Notes: generated by a model not told the origin, from the letters alone. Counted from the stretch's first letter, positions 23,113 through 36,903 are shown. The stretch: DNA of 64,000 bases from Azolla caroliniana (GCA_043228905.1 JBHGNT010000006.1:12524001-12588000); one strand, 5' to 3'. Numbers and translations: made by a program.

Positions 23113-25321
23113 ATGTCCTTCAAAGCAATGAATTCCGAGTTGCTCTTCATGGAGAATCCACTACAGTTCCGTTCCACCGGAAGAAGAACCAAGGTCTTCC
23201 AAGATCCACCACAATTGTATGACAACCTAAGAACTAAGGTACGCGTATTTGATTTCCTAGAATTCACCCAGTTTCTGTCTAAATTCTACCACAGGTAAAA
23301 TCCTCATACAAACAGGTAAACCATAATAGGTCAACAGAGTCTACGAAATCAAAGGAAATCGACAAGGCTTGAAATCCTTACAACATGAGGTGCTTATTGA
23401 TGAGCTTATTCCATTTCATGATCATCGCGTTGCATTTTTGAATTTGATCAAATCATGTGGCAAAGAAAAGAACTTAGCGAAGTTGAGAAAGGTGCACGCT
23501 GATAACATTGTAAACAGAAACTTGTTTTTGAAAGATGTTTACATTGCCACTGCCCTCATTACAGCATATGCTAAGTGTGGTGCAATAGAGGACGCACGAG
23601 CCGTTTTTGAGAAGCTTCCAGTTCATGATGTTGTGTCTTGGAGTGCTCTCATTGGTGGATATGCCCAAAACAAGCTCGCTCACAAAGCATTGAAATGCTT
23701 CAAACAAATGCAGGATGAGGGAGTTTCTCCGAACATGGTAACTTATATTTGCGTTTTGAAATCTTGTGGCATTGCAAGATCTCTGGAGATCGGGGAAGAG
23801 ATCGCTTGCAAGATTCAAGAACAAGGGTTATTTGTGAAAGACATCATGATGGGCAATGCATTGGTGGACATGTACACTAAATGTGGTGCACTCAAGAAAG
23901 CTCGGGAAGTGTTTGATCAGCTTCCTATGCGGAATGTTGTGTCTTGGAGTACCTTGATAGGCGGATATACACAAAATGGACTTGGACATGAAGCACTGAA
24001 ATACTTCAGGAAAATGAAAGCTGCAGGAGTACTTCCAAATTCAGTTACTTATATCTTCGCATTGAAAGCTTGTGGTATTGTTCAGTCCCTAGATATTGGG
24101 GAAGATATAGATGTAGAGGTTAGAAAGCAAGGGTTCTTGCAGAAAGATGCCATGCTTGGCACTGCATTAGTGGATATGTATTCTAAGTGTGGTGCATTTG
24201 ACAAAGCACTTAAAGTGTTTGAGCAACTTCCAGCACGGGATGTTGTGTCTTGGAATGCCTTGATCTCGGGATATGCCCAACAAGGGCATGGCAATGAAGT
24301 ATTGAAATGGTTTGAGCAAATGAAATGTGCGGGCGTGTGCCCAGATGCAGTAACTTATGTATGCATTTTGAAAGCTTGCAGTATTTTAGGGGCTCTAGAT
24401 ATCGGGGAGTATATAGACGCCGAGGTAAGGAAAAAAGGGCTCTTACATGAACATCTCGAACTCGGCAATGCATTGGTGAACATGTATTCCAAGTGCGGCG
24501 CACTCAAGAGAGCACAAGAAGTATTTGAGCAACTACCAACTTTGGATGTTGTGTCCTGGAACGCACTAATCACAGGATATGCTCAAAATGGGCACGGCAA
24601 TGAAGTGCTGAGATGCTTTAGGCAGATGCAAAATGCAGGAATGTGTCCGGCTGCAATAACTTATGTTTGTATATTGAAAGCTTGTAGCATTTTGGGATCT
24701 CTAAATATTGGGGAGGACATATATGCAGACATAAGAAAACAGGGGATATTGGAGAAAGAGGTCATAGTCGGCACTGCATTGGTGGACATGTATGCCAAGT
24801 GTGGTGCATTGTTAAAAGCAAGAGAAGTATTTGAACAACTTCCAGCGCGGAATGTTGTTGCGTGGAGTGCCATGATTTCTGGTTATGGCCATTTAGGTCA
24901 AGCTAATGTAATTTTTGGCCTGTATAGCAGAATGAGAGCTGAAGATGTCATGCCAAATTTGGTTACCTTCACTGTTTTGCTAAGTGCATGTAGTCATGCA
25001 GGTCTAATAAAGGAGGGAGAAAAGCTGTTTGATGAAATGTTTGCTGATAATGTCACTCCAACAGTAGAACACTACACATGTATGATTGATCTATTTGTCC
25101 GTGCAGGACACTTCGATAAGGTGAAAGCATATCTTGACAAGGTCCCTAATTCTAGCCAGCTTCTGCTTTTTCGATGTGTATTAGGTTCTTGCAGAGAATG
25201 GAAGAATCTTAAGCTTGGAAGATGGGCATTTGAACAATCAGTACAATTGGATGAAAATTGTGCTGCTGCATATGTCTGCATGGGAAACATATATGCATCA
25301 GCCGAAATGCAAACTAGATGA
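23113..25321 (+). CDS. PLS-class PPR protein with truncated E region; proposed exons 23113-23238 and 23330-25321
   Basis: Open 650-codon ORF with 5 P motifs (VVSW.ALI.GY) in 102-aa P-L-S triplets, then EHYTCMIDL and E1. The ORF has no nearby ATG; a phase-0 GT-AG intron 23239-23329 joins an upstream ATG exon in frame (inferred). Confidence 0.85.
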
Positions 25322-27190
25322 AGATAGAATTTGAAAGTTTGGAATGAAGAACGCAAGGAAGATGTAAGGACATAGGGTGGGTTAACGCAAAAAGGAATAT
25401 GCATTTTATTGCAACTGAAGAACCATGTCAAAGTACATATATTCATGCAAATTTTAAGCTAGCAGCAGCATTTGCAAGAGATAAAATCAACAATTAGGGC
25501 CAAATGCAAGAAAGAGTTCATTGGTAATGGAAAGAAAACTCACTACTTTCCCTCGCTATCTTGTAACTTATGTTCTCTAATCAGCTCTTTTGTTGATGCT
25601 AGACTTAAGGATGCAAGGAAGAATTGATTGACAAGCTTGTGGATGCCAGGTTCAGTTAAAGAAAATCCTCTACTTTTCCCTCACAGTTGTCTTTTAACAT
25701 TTCTCTCAAATAACTTCCTATTGAGGAACGTTAGTTTGCATTATTGGAGAGCACAAGTTAGAGGATTACTATGGCAAGGTTGTGGTTAATGGATTCCTGG
25801 TTCTCACAAACAAAACCTTCTTTTTTGCCGTTACAATCATGTTAGAAATTGAGATAATGCCCCCAAAAATGAAAGTTAGGGAGTCATGGTCGGCTCTGTT
25901 TCAACAATCCTTCAACTTCAAAGCAGGTGGCATGGCTATGATTCTGGAAGGATTTTATCATGTATATATGCCAAGAGTTTGATGAAACATAATGATTTAG
26001 ACAAAAAGCCCAGGGAGGGTAAGCAGCCTTGGGACTTGCTCTGTTCATGCAGGATCAATTTAAAGCATGAAGCTAGAAGGGTTCATGGGTGCTTTCAGGT
26101 AAAAGAGATGCCTTTGGAGTTGAACATTCAATGTCTATGTCACGTGCATGGAATTCTTTTTGAGCTCACATGGATCAAAAGATATAAAGTGTTGGCAGAC
26201 AAAGTGAATATATTGATTTTGTTGAGGAAAAAGGAAACATTTGAGAGAGCATTGATGATAGTAGAGGATGATTTCCTGGAGATGGCAGAGAGCTCATATC
26301 ACCATTCTTTAGGGTTTGGTATCTTGATTGTGGCATGCTGGCCAACTACTGATTGGGTTGCTGTCTTGGTGTGTTAGAATCATCTTTATCAGTTGTATGA
26401 ATCTTCCTGTTAATGAAAACGGTTGGATTCATTTTCAGTGGCTATCAGAGTCTTGTTTTAGTGATTGTGAGAACTTTGTTCTTTTATTTCAAATACATTA
26501 GTGTTGGAGGTTTGAACGGGCACCTTTGCTAAAACGTGTGCATCATATTAATGCTGTCTTATTTTGTTTACTCAATTTGTGGTGCTTGAACATTTTGAAT
26601 AGGTTCATCTCTGAGGATTGTTAGTTGGTGTCAAGGATTGTTATGAAACTGCTTCATGTGTTGAAGGTCTTATGTTCAATTGACTTGATGCTATCATCAG
26701 GATTGATTACTGAAAAAATAGGAAAGTGATGCATTTGCTTATGCACAATACCATATTTGTTTGGAAATTCATTACCCAAATTGCCAGTTGCTCAAAACAC
26801 TTCCCATGTTCTCTATGTTGCTCAAATACTTGTCATGCTTCAGCATACATGCTGACCACTGGATTTCCATGCATGCCATCGCATTTAGTTGGCACCAATA
26901 ACAAGGATTAGAGATCAGCTCTTGGCTTTATATAGCAAGAATTTCCTTTTTGGGAAAATAAGAATACAATTTGAGTCCACTATTTACAATTTAGTCACAG
27001 GGAAACAAATATGGTTCACCGATTGTATATACATACATACAAACATTATTCAAGATCTTCAATTTTCCTTTCCACGTTTGAAATGAATCAACATGCGAAT
27101 TTGGATCAGTCTACCCACCCTTCCAAGCTGCATATTTTCAGGCTCGTTGTTTCAACATTCACAGCATGCCACAAACTGCAAAAATATTAG

Positions 27191-30100
27191 TCATAAGGAC
27201 ATAAGCTGCACCACATCCAGTTGTAATGCCTGATCAAAAGCCAACTGTCCAAGGTTCACATTTCCCCCTTTTCTACAAGAACCCAATAGTGCAAGCCAAA
27301 CTGCAGGATAATCAGATGGCATGGCCTTAATCACTGAAATTGCCTTATCCAAGTGTCCCGCATTTCCAAAAGCCATCATCATGCATGCATAATGACCTAA
27401 ATTTGGATTAATTCTATATTTTCTAGTCATATTTCGATACAGCATTTGCATCTCATCCAACATTCCCATGTGGCTCCATGCACTCAAAACACAATGGAAG
27501 GTGATGTCATCTGGAGAGAGACCCTCACTTTCCATTCGTTCGAAACATTTCAATGCTTCTGGACCTTTACCTTGTTGGGAATACCCTGCGATTAGAGTAT
27601 TCCATGAGATGAGATTCCGTATAGGTAGCTCTTCAAACACTTCTTGTGCTTTCACAAGAGCATTGCATTTGGCATACATATCAAGCAAAGCATTTCCGAG
27701 CACAATATCCTTCTCAAGGAAGCCCACATGGAGAATCTCATCATGAATTTGTTTGCCCTTGTTTATCGCTCCTACGATGGCACATGCCTTCAATATGCAC
27801 GTGTAAGTGACTGGGTCAGGAGAAAGGCACTCACTTCGCATTTTCTCAAAACAAGCAAGTGCTTCTTGACCTTGTCCTTGTTCCACATATCCTGCAAGTA
27901 ATCCACACCAAGAAACTACATCTCTCACAGGAAGCTCTTCAAGGACTTCCTGGGCTTGTATAAGCATGCCACATTTGGCATACATATCCACCAATGCATT
28001 GCCAAGGACAGTATCCTTCTTCAACATAAATCTACTTGCAATTACCTTGTGGATTTGTTTGCCCTTATTGACAGCTTTAATTCTGGCACATGATTTCAAG
28101 ATGGAAGTGAAAGTGACTGCATCTGGAGAGATACCTTCGCTCTGCATATGTTCAAAACAGTTAAGTGCCCTGTGATCTAGCCCTTGTTGGGCATACCCTG
28201 CAATTACTGCATTCCAAGAGGCTATATCCACGACAGGAAGCATTTCAAGCACTTGTTGTGCTTTTCCAAGTGAACCGCATTTGGCGTACATATCCACCAA
28301 AGCATTCCCAAGAATAATATGATTCTCAAGGAAGCCTCTACTGACAATCTCATCATGAACTTTCTTGCCCTTGTCTAGCATCCCTGTGATGCCACAGGCC
28401 TTCAAAATACAAATGAATGTGACTGCATCTGGTGAAACCCCATCGCTTTCCATCTTCTCAAGACAGTTTAACGCTTCATGGCATTGCCCTTGGTCACTAT
28501 ATCCTGAAATCAATGCATTCCAACAGATCACATTTCGAGAAGTAAGTTCATCAAGCACTTCTTGTGCTTTTGAGAGCATATCACATTTCATATACATGTC
28601 CACTAATGCAGTTCCAATCATAATATCCTTCTCCATCAAGTGCCTCCTCACAATTTTATTATGAATGCATTTTCCCTTGTCTAAATTTCCTATGCTGCCA
28701 CAAGCTTTCAAGATACAAACAAAAGTGGCTACATCTGGAGAAAGGCCCTCACTTTCCATCATTTCAAAACAGTTAAGTGCTTCATAAGGTTGTCCTTGTT
28801 GGGTATAGCCTGCAATTAGTGCACACCAAGAAACAGTATTACGAACAGGAAGCTCTTCGAGCATGTTTTGTGCTTTTGCAAGTGCACAACATTTCACATA
28901 CATGTCCAACAAAGCAGTGCCGAGCACGGTGTCTTTCTCCAACAAGCCTCTATTCACAATCTGTCCATGAATTTGTTTGCCTTTGTCTATTGCCCTTGTG
29001 CTACCACACGCCTTCAAGATGCAAATTAAGCTGATGGTATCTGGACAAAGGCCCTCCATTTGCATCTGTTCAAAACATTTTAGTGCTTCTTGACCTTGCT
29101 GCTCCTGGATGAACCCAGAAATTAGTGCATTCCAGGAAACAACAGCTCGAATGGGAAGCTCTTCAAAAGTTTGTTGTGCCCTTAGAAGGACCCTGCATTT
29201 CACATACATATCAATCAATGCAACACCAAGCTGAATGTCAGTCTCCAATAGTTCCCAGCTCACTACCTTTTCATGAATTTGTATACCTTCATCTAGAGCC
29301 CCTAAACTGCCACACGCCTTCAAAATGCAAATGAAAGTGACCGCATTAGGAGAGAAGTTCTCACTCTCCATTTGTTCAAAACAGTTAAATGCTTCCTGAG
29401 ATTTTCCCTGATGGGTATAGCCCGCAATGAGTGTATTCCAAGAGACAGCATCTCGAACACGAAGCTCTCGGAGAACCTCCTGTGCTTTTGCAAGCATATC
29501 ACATTTCGCATACATATCCACCAAAGCATTGCCAAGTACAATATCTTTTTCGAGTAAACCTTTAGACATGATCGTCTCATGGATTTGTTTGCCCTTGTCA
29601 ACAGCTCTAATGCTGGCACAGCATTTTAAAATGCAAGTCATGGTGACTATATCCGGGGAAAGCCCTTCATGTTGCATCCATTCAAAACAATTCAATGCTT
29701 CATGACATTGGCTAGATTGAGTATACCCTGTGATTAATGAATTCCAGGAGACTGTGGTTCGAATAGGAAGTTCTTCAAGAACCTCTCGAGCCCTTCTAAA
29801 TAGACCACATTTTGAATACATATCCACCAAAGCAGTGCCAAGCACAATATCCTTCTCCAACAAGCCCCTAACCAAAATCTCATCATGAATTTCTTTTCCC
29901 TTCTCTATAGCTCTTACATTCCCACAAGCCTTCAAGATGCAAGCGAAAGTGACTGCATCTGGACTCAACCCCTCATTTCGCATTCGGTCCAGACAAGCCA
30001 ATGCTTCATAGCCTTGGCCTTGCTGAGTATACCCTGCAATAAGAGCATTCCAAGAAACTATGTCTCGAACCCGAAGCTCTTCGAGCACTTGTTTAGCTTT

Positions 30101-30310
30101 CACAAGCATACCACATTTCGTATACATAGTGATTAACATGCTGGATAGATGAGGGCTCTTGTCTAGTACACCACTTTCGGCGATTTCAGCATGTAGCTTG
30201 ATGCCTTTGCACAGGTCTCTCTTCTGCGTACATGCTTTCAGTAAGGCAACCAGAGAAGTATAGTCTTCCTGCCCTCCTCTCCTTAGCATCCTTGCCAGAG
30301 GGATGGGCAT
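27191..30310 (-). CDS. PLS-class PPR protein (1039 aa), frameshift in the E region, no DYW
   Basis: 9 P motifs in P-L-S triplets, HYACMM, WLALLGSC; ORF open from the ATG at 30310. Confidence 0.93.
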   Translation of the reverse strand: MPIPLARMLRRGGQEDYTSLVALLKACTQKRDLCKGIKLHAEIAESGVLDKSPHLSSMLITMYTKCGMLVKAKQVLEELRVRDIVSWNALIAGYTQQGQGYEALACLDRMRNEGLSPDAVTFACILKACGNVRAIEKGKEIHDEILVRGLLEKDIVLGTALVDMYSKCGLFRRAREVLEELPIRTTVSWNSLITGYTQSSQCHEALNCFEWMQHEGLSPDIVTMTCILKCCASIRAVDKGKQIHETIMSKGLLEKDIVLGNALVDMYAKCDMLAKAQEVLRELRVRDAVSWNTLIAGYTHQGKSQEAFNCFEQMESENFSPNAVTFICILKACGSLGALDEGIQIHEKVVSWELLETDIQLGVALIDMYVKCRVLLRAQQTFEELPIRAVVSWNALISGFIQEQQGQEALKCFEQMQMEGLCPDTISLICILKACGSTRAIDKGKQIHGQIVNRGLLEKDTVLGTALLDMYVKCCALAKAQNMLEELPVRNTVSWCALIAGYTQQGQPYEALNCFEMMESEGLSPDVATFVCILKACGSIGNLDKGKCIHNKIVRRHLMEKDIMIGTALVDMYMKCDMLSKAQEVLDELTSRNVICWNALISGYSDQGQCHEALNCLEKMESDGVSPDAVTFICILKACGITGMLDKGKKVHDEIVSRGFLENHIILGNALVDMYAKCGSLGKAQQVLEMLPVVDIASWNAVIAGYAQQGLDHRALNCFEHMQSEGISPDAVTFTSILKSCARIKAVNKGKQIHKVIASRFMLKKDTVLGNALVDMYAKCGMLIQAQEVLEELPVRDVVSWCGLLAGYVEQGQGQEALACFEKMRSECLSPDPVTYTCILKACAIVGAINKGKQIHDEILHVGFLEKDIVLGNALLDMYAKCNALVKAQEVFEELPIRNLISWNTLIAGYSQQGKGPEALKCFERMESEGLSPDDITFHCVLSAWSHMGMLDEMQMLYRNMTRKYRINPNLGHYACMMMAFGNAGHLDKAISVIKAMPSDYPAVWLALLGSCRKGGNVNLGQLAFDQALQLDVVQLMSL

Positions 30311-30428
30311 CCACGAAGCTTCAGATCCTGTGCTTCTTGCTTTCAGTCATGTTAAGACTTTTGTCAAATACCATGCAGTAGCCTTCCTCATAAACGATGA
30401 AAGAGGACTCTGCTCCTGCTCCACCAAT

Positions 30429-32366
30429 CCACGTGTCTAACTACTACCAAATATTTAAGAGGGCAAGTGAGGGAATCGCGGGCGCGGTCGGTCCAGGTCG
30501 CACCGTTGACGGTGCGTGCAATCTCCACCGTCCAATCTGGATGGATAATAGAAAAAGCGCACGCTCAAGTTTTCCCTTTATGGGAGCCCAACTTACAGGA
30601 GGGAGGAGCCTGACTCTAACCTATATATATATATATATTTGAAATTTTATTTTTGTTTTGAGCGAGGGCGGGGAAACATAGAAACCCTAACTATCGGTTT
30701 AGGGTTTAGTATGTATCTGGACAATCGAAATCCCTCTGAGAACAAAGAAAATAAGGAGACTTCGAAGAGAAGAAGAAGAATAAGGAGACTTCAACTATTC
30801 TCGAACCATCCGAACCAAAACTTCCTCTTGATTCGACCTCCATCTCCAACACTTACTGTGACAAAGAAAAGGTAACTACTTCCTCTTCCTTTCTTCTTCT
30901 TCTTCTAAGCAATTATAATGATGGGAAGATGCGATTCACTGCTAGTCACTAACTCGTTCACTAAGAGTTGAAATCATTCACTTCATTCACAGTCTATTAA
31001 TCACTTGCACTGATTTCATTCACCGTAGAGATTAATCAAACCACAGATTCAATCATTTACGAATAGTTGGCATTCTCGATCATTCACTAAGAGTTGAAAT
31101 CATTCTCGAAGTGCTAAAATCATTGAAGAAATTGAAATCATCCACTTCATTCATGTGCATTATCGATTATGTTCGAATTCATTTGAACTTCAATCATTGG
31201 CATTCATTTGAGTTCATTCACTTTATGCATTGGCACAATTACTCACATTCCCTTCACTCGTCGTAGTAATCGACCACAACCATCTATGGAGAGCACAATG
31301 CATCATGGTGTCTTTGCCATGTCGGAAGATGAATTGGAGGATACATCATGGTCATCCGGTGCATCGTTTGTATTTCAAGTCTTGGGGTTTTGTATCCATG
31401 TTTATCCTTTTGCTGGAAGTTAAAAGCTAATATAACTTTCGAGGTTCATTTCTGAAGTCAAATAATAAAGAAAAGGCCCAAATTATGAGAATTAACTTTA
31501 CTTGGAACATGAGTGAGTTGCATATTAAAGTGACAATCAAACATAGCCCAAATGGTAAGAGCTAACTTTACTTGAACAAAAGTGTTAAGGGCTCGATGCG
31601 GATTAGAAGGATCATAGGGTAAAAGATCTACAATTGCAAAAGACGAGAATTCATCATGTTGTAACTTGTAGATGCGAAACTATCATATAATAATTGTGGA
31701 AGCTAAGTGGCCATCTAGGGAGAAGTAGTGGTGCTTGCCATTCTATTTTTATTTGGCAAATGAGCTTTTGAAAGCTAGGTACAAAGGTACGGTCAACAAC
31801 ATATGGTTAAGTGTTTGATGATGACAATTTTACACCTTTTAGACTATTACAACACCGTGAACACATTTAGTAATTAAGGTGTTGAATTAAATACCACTAT
31901 TACGACCCCTTAAATGTAAAGTGACTACATACCCTAAACCAAATGTCGAAACCCTAAAAAAGAAAGAAATCAAAGAAGAAGAAAACCAAAAAGAAAACAT
32001 TCAAAGAAGAAAAGGATTTGAACCATAGACCTAACATATCTTGTTTTATATATCATTGTTTTATTCTTTATTAGTTTTAATTTTTTGAGAGTCGGGCTCC
32101 TACCCAAAGTTGGTCGGGCTCCTCGTGGTAGAGGTTGTCAGACAACGGGTCTCCTTGTGACAAAGTCAGGCTCCTGGTAACTGAGACTGTCAGAGAGTCG
32201 GGCTCTTTGTGACAGAGTCGGGCTCCTGGTGACAGTCGTTGTTAGCTTTTTTATCCACATTGGACGGTGGAGATCGCATGCACCATCAACTGTGCGACCT
32301 ACACCGTCCGCGCCCGTGATTCCCTCACTTTCCCTCTTTAATTTTTGGTTGTAGTTAGTCATGAGC
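30429..32366. mobile_element. non-autonomous Mutator-like (MULE) element
   Basis: Terminal inverted repeats of about 120 bp; 10-bp TSD CTCCACCAAT at 30419-30428 and 32367-32376; subterminal GTCGGGCTC repeats; no transposase ORF. Confidence 0.85.
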
Positions 32367-33762
32367 CTCCACCAATTCATTTGTCTGTTTGTCTATTTAT
32401 AGACACACATACATGATGATGACCCCATTGCATTCCTCACCTAGGTTTTTATTTGTAAACAAGTATTAAACGGGCCTGGTGAGGGAATGCCACTCACTCA
32501 CAGTGCAGACTATATATTCAGATTGTTGTAGATGAATATATGTATATAGATGGCTGGCAAGTTCAAAAAGATGTTTATATTGGAATTTTTGTTTACCATA
32601 TCTACTTATATTCATAATTGATTTTGATGTATGACCATTGCATATAATCTATCTATTGAAGTCCATATTCACATCATGTAATCCACTGTTTTTGGTCTTG
32701 CTAAAAAATCTTGTACATGTAAAACTCATGTATGTTTATTATTCATTTTTCAATAATATATTGACTATACTTTTAATGCACGTGTTTAACTTCTTCTCTT
32801 TAGGAATTTGATTCTAAGGTTTTAGTAAGAAGGGGTATCAAACGCAAGAGAACAAGAAAGATAGAGGTCCAAACAACATGAGGTGCCAAAGGTAGAAACT
32901 TTTGAGGATGCAAACCCTAAACCAATTCATGAATGCAGTACACTTGGTGAGCCAACGGAAAAATCAAGTGTTGATGCTCCTCCAACAGGTCAACTACCTT
33001 TAATGATCACACTTCAAAGATCATACATTTTCATATATCACAATCTTCAAAGATCACACATATTGTTATCATGTCATACTCTAGTGGTTCCGCATGTAAC
33101 CAACTAATAGGCGATTGTATATATTCAAATTGTTATGACTAGTCCTCAATGATGGAAATGCCTATGCACTTAAAGAGGAAGGGACAACAACACATGTTCA
33201 GCTATACTTGCTTGGTCTAGATGGATCTCCAACCCTACAACCATTTCTCTTGATAAACAGAGATCAATGGATGTTGGAAATGTCTGGGCGATTGCCGGAA
33301 AACAACTCTTGAGACAATAGACTCCACTGTCAAAAGAATCAATTCAAGTTGCCATTATATGTAGTAGTGGCAATCAGTGTTATGTGTATGGGGATCCCAC
33401 ATGAGCAAATTGCATTGGAAACTTGCTAGAAAGTTATATTTGCAAGGATGCCATCTATGATGGCAAATGCAATTGTTACTAATAAATCTTGGACATAATA
33501 TAATGTTGTATCTAATTTTATTGCTCAAAATTATAAAAGTTGGATCACTATGGTTGGTGAAAAAACACAAACCAAGTGCAATATTTTATTGTGTTAGTTT
33601 CACGCTAGAAAAGCTTAGGTTGATAACTTGCTGCCCAAGGATTAACGTTGAAAGAAACCACCTCTATCAACATATGTGCCAACTAATGCATTGCATTATG
33701 GAATTTGCATTCAATGTTAAACCATCCCCCTTCTATATAGGAGGGCAAAAGAAGGAAAAAGG

Positions 33763-35343
33763 GTGGCCGCCATCATACTCCCCGACAGCGACTCCGGGGA
33801 GCACACGATAGAAGGACCGCAACACCTAGAAGAAGAAATCCCGTACGTCACCACGACGTTGAACCCACCCTTGGATGCACGCTTGGATTCCATCGGCGCC
33901 ACGATGGCACAAAGAGCCGACACGAGAAGCAACACATGTGGAAGGACTACAAGCAAAATAAACACCAACCGCCGAACTAGCATGAGAAGGCCCATAGGAA
34001 GAACAAATGCAAGAGTTGAACGAGCGCCAACAAAACCCACTGACCCCCTGCACCAAAACTGACGGAACAGACCGGCCCCCCCAAACCTGAGACAATAGAG
34101 CCTATTGGCCCCCTTGAACCCACGTCTACGACGCAGACCATGACACCCCCCGGAGCACCTATCGTCGTTCTTGTGGAGCCGGAACGACCGGAGCCAATCA
34201 TCCTAGACATCTTGGACGACTAATGAAGGTGTTGTTCGGTCGGCAACCGACTCTGTTGCCGACACACAACAGAGTTTGAATGTTTCGTACCGAATGTTCT
34301 ATCAACAAATTGTGGTTGTGCGAATGGATACTACGTTACTGTAATCTTATCGATGTTACACAGATATCGAGATCGTTACTTACGTAATATAGTTATAGTA
34401 GGATGGAAATATATTAACAGAAAATAAACATTTGCACATTGAGATTTCCTACAACTAAACTTATATTACTAAAAATAAAGGATAGATTTTACAATGCCTT
34501 TGGTTCCTTTTTATAGGCAACCTGAAGGACTTCCTCATCAAGAAATATATATTGCCCTATCGGCAAGAACTACAAAACTTGTAACTAACTATAATTTTCG
34601 GTATTAACTATTATTTGGCAAAATGATGACTCATTGATCCTCTTCCTCGATCCGACTTCGATTTCGACTCCAATCCTCCGACTTCGACGCTTCCCCATTA
34701 TGTCCGTCCGCCCCTTTGTTCGGGTAACAGAAGGTCTTCTATGGGTTCAACCATGCAAGCACTGTCCCACAGGAGTGCCATGTGTTGGTCGCCTTGGACG
34801 GCCAAGTGGGAAAGGTCAAGAAGGAGAAAGACAAAGGAACAGTTACGGCAAGCGAAGACGACAGGTGGGGCCGTAACGTAATGAAGAGGAAGTAACATGC
34901 GTAGTGTAGGGACAACCAAAGCGTAATTATTGTTTTAAAGAGAAAGTAATGGTTCATGCGCCGAGCGTAACCATCCATGACCTTGTATATAAAGGGCATG
35001 GAAAACTTGTAATAGCTAGCGATAATTTTGTATTCAACATCTGCAATATAGTTTCTGTTTGCTTGACTCGAGTCTGTGTCCTCGTAACTCTGCATATATG
35101 TTTCATGTCGAGTGCATTTCCTATGTTGAGTCATATACGTTGCGTAAGCTATTGCATAAGAAGTCAGCTGTAGCAATCTTCCTAATCTCCAACGTCTCCA
35201 CGATTAAGTTAACAGTTACAGGATCAAGGTATAGTCACCTGTAACACGATTACGACGTACTCTCCCATTCCTAAACCACAATACCCTTGAGCCAAACTCC
35301 AAAGGATTGAGGATTTGGCACCGTGTCACTTTAACCGGTAACA
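33763..35343 (+). mobile_element. 3' remnant of a gypsy C-family element (end of extra ORF, tRNA-like motif 34764-34780, LTR 34783-35343)
   Basis: Reading ...EPIILDILDD* near 34190-34223 parallels C; ACTGTCCCACAGGAGTGCCA, TG, then TGTTGG...GGTAACA; left boundary approximate. Confidence 0.75.
34230..34729 (-). mobile_element. solo LTR (500 bp)
   Basis: TGTT...AACA with perfect TSD GAAGG (34225-34229 and 34730-34734); strand inferred from a TATA-like motif. Confidence 0.85.
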
Positions 35344-36903
35344 AAGTTCTTGTTCTTTTTCTCTCTCCTAGTTATTAGTCTCGTTTTGGTTCTACTCTAT
35401 TATACTCATCCGTAACACTAGTTGGCATTCATACTAATTATTGGACTATTCCTTTTCACACTTCTTACGACAATATTTCATTTCAACTACCACTATACTT
35501 CCTTCCGACTAGGACTACGACAATACTTCGACTAGCTTGTCGACCCATGTACTTTGGCTAGCCAACCGGCCAACAAATAACTTAAGTGCCATACTTAAGA
35601 CACCACTTACAAGGTTGAGCTCATATGTGTATGCTTTATTCACACATAGAGACTTTGTGCTTCAATGTATGAATACCATTTCTTACGAAGGAGACACATA
35701 TCAAGATTCGACCAAGGATGTAGATTGATGAACAAGGTTGATCTTGAGGATTGTGTGCAACAAAGGACAACTCTAACCCCTAAGCTAATTGGTTTGTGTG
35801 CACAACAACAACCAATGTGCCCAAAAGAGGATTGATAAGAGGAATGCAACAAAATCGTCACAAAGGAGAAAAAGGGGCCACACTCAAAATTTCGCAAGAA
35901 CATATTGATAGCTCCCCAAACAAGACCAAAACACATTCCGGAAGACTATAGAGAGGTGCTTGTCTTACTAAGAGGCAATTGCCAATAGGCAATGTGTGAG
36001 GCTGAGAAGTTTAGTGTTTGCATTGTGATAGGTTGACATTGACTTCAAGGGACTTTAATGTTGAATGTTGCAGAAAGGTGTATTTTGCCAACCATTGAAC
36101 AAGAGCAATGATCTCTAAATTTCTGTTACAGTTTGCGGTGATTTTTTATGTTTTTCGTGACCAAAGTTTTTATATCTTGGATTACTCTAAGTTTTTTGGT
36201 CTATGAATATGTGTAAGATTTAAAGTGTCAACATTTCAAGTTTTTGGTCTATTTAGAAAATGGGGTATGGTTAGATGTAGGTAGCCAAGTTAGATGAAGG
36301 TACTCAGTCTAGTTGGGTTAGATGCAAGTACCGTGGTTTACAAACTTGGGTTGGGTTAGTGGAGTTAGATCCAAGTGGCCGGGTTAAAAACTTCAATTGA
36401 AAAAATAGGCACTCGAGTTAGAAACATTGGGCTAAGTTAGAAGTGAGGTAGGACAAACCTAAGTTAGAAATGACAAGTGTAGAGACACAACCAAGTTAGA
36501 CATGACAAAGGTGGGATAGAGCCATCCCTTCTAAGATCACTCACCATTTGTTACCCTCTACACCAAGCCTAGTTAATATTTGGTTGCAAATAGACACGAG
36601 CCATATCTCCCCTATACATAAATCCATACCCTTCAGTGGACCTACCCACATATTATGTCTTGTATGTGATAAAAGGGCCGATATTGGCAGTTGGTGGGTG
36701 TACATGATGTCCAACAAACCTTGGAAGATCCATGTCTCCTCTTGTTGACCTCCCTATAGTCTCCCACAAGGATTAGTAATCATCAAATGTGTCTATGAAT
36801 GAACCCCACATTGAGCAAACTATGTATAATCCCCAATTACCATAGGACATCAAAATGCAGAGAAGACATACTTTGACTCCACTTGACCAAACACCACACC
36901 CGT

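Noticed and set aside
25782-27086. Short ORFs between the first two PPR genes as DYW exons
   Set aside because: No PG box, HxE or CxxC deaminase motifs are visible.
32800-33700. Possible decayed transposase or gene fragment
   Set aside because: I could not recover a recognisable motif by eye.
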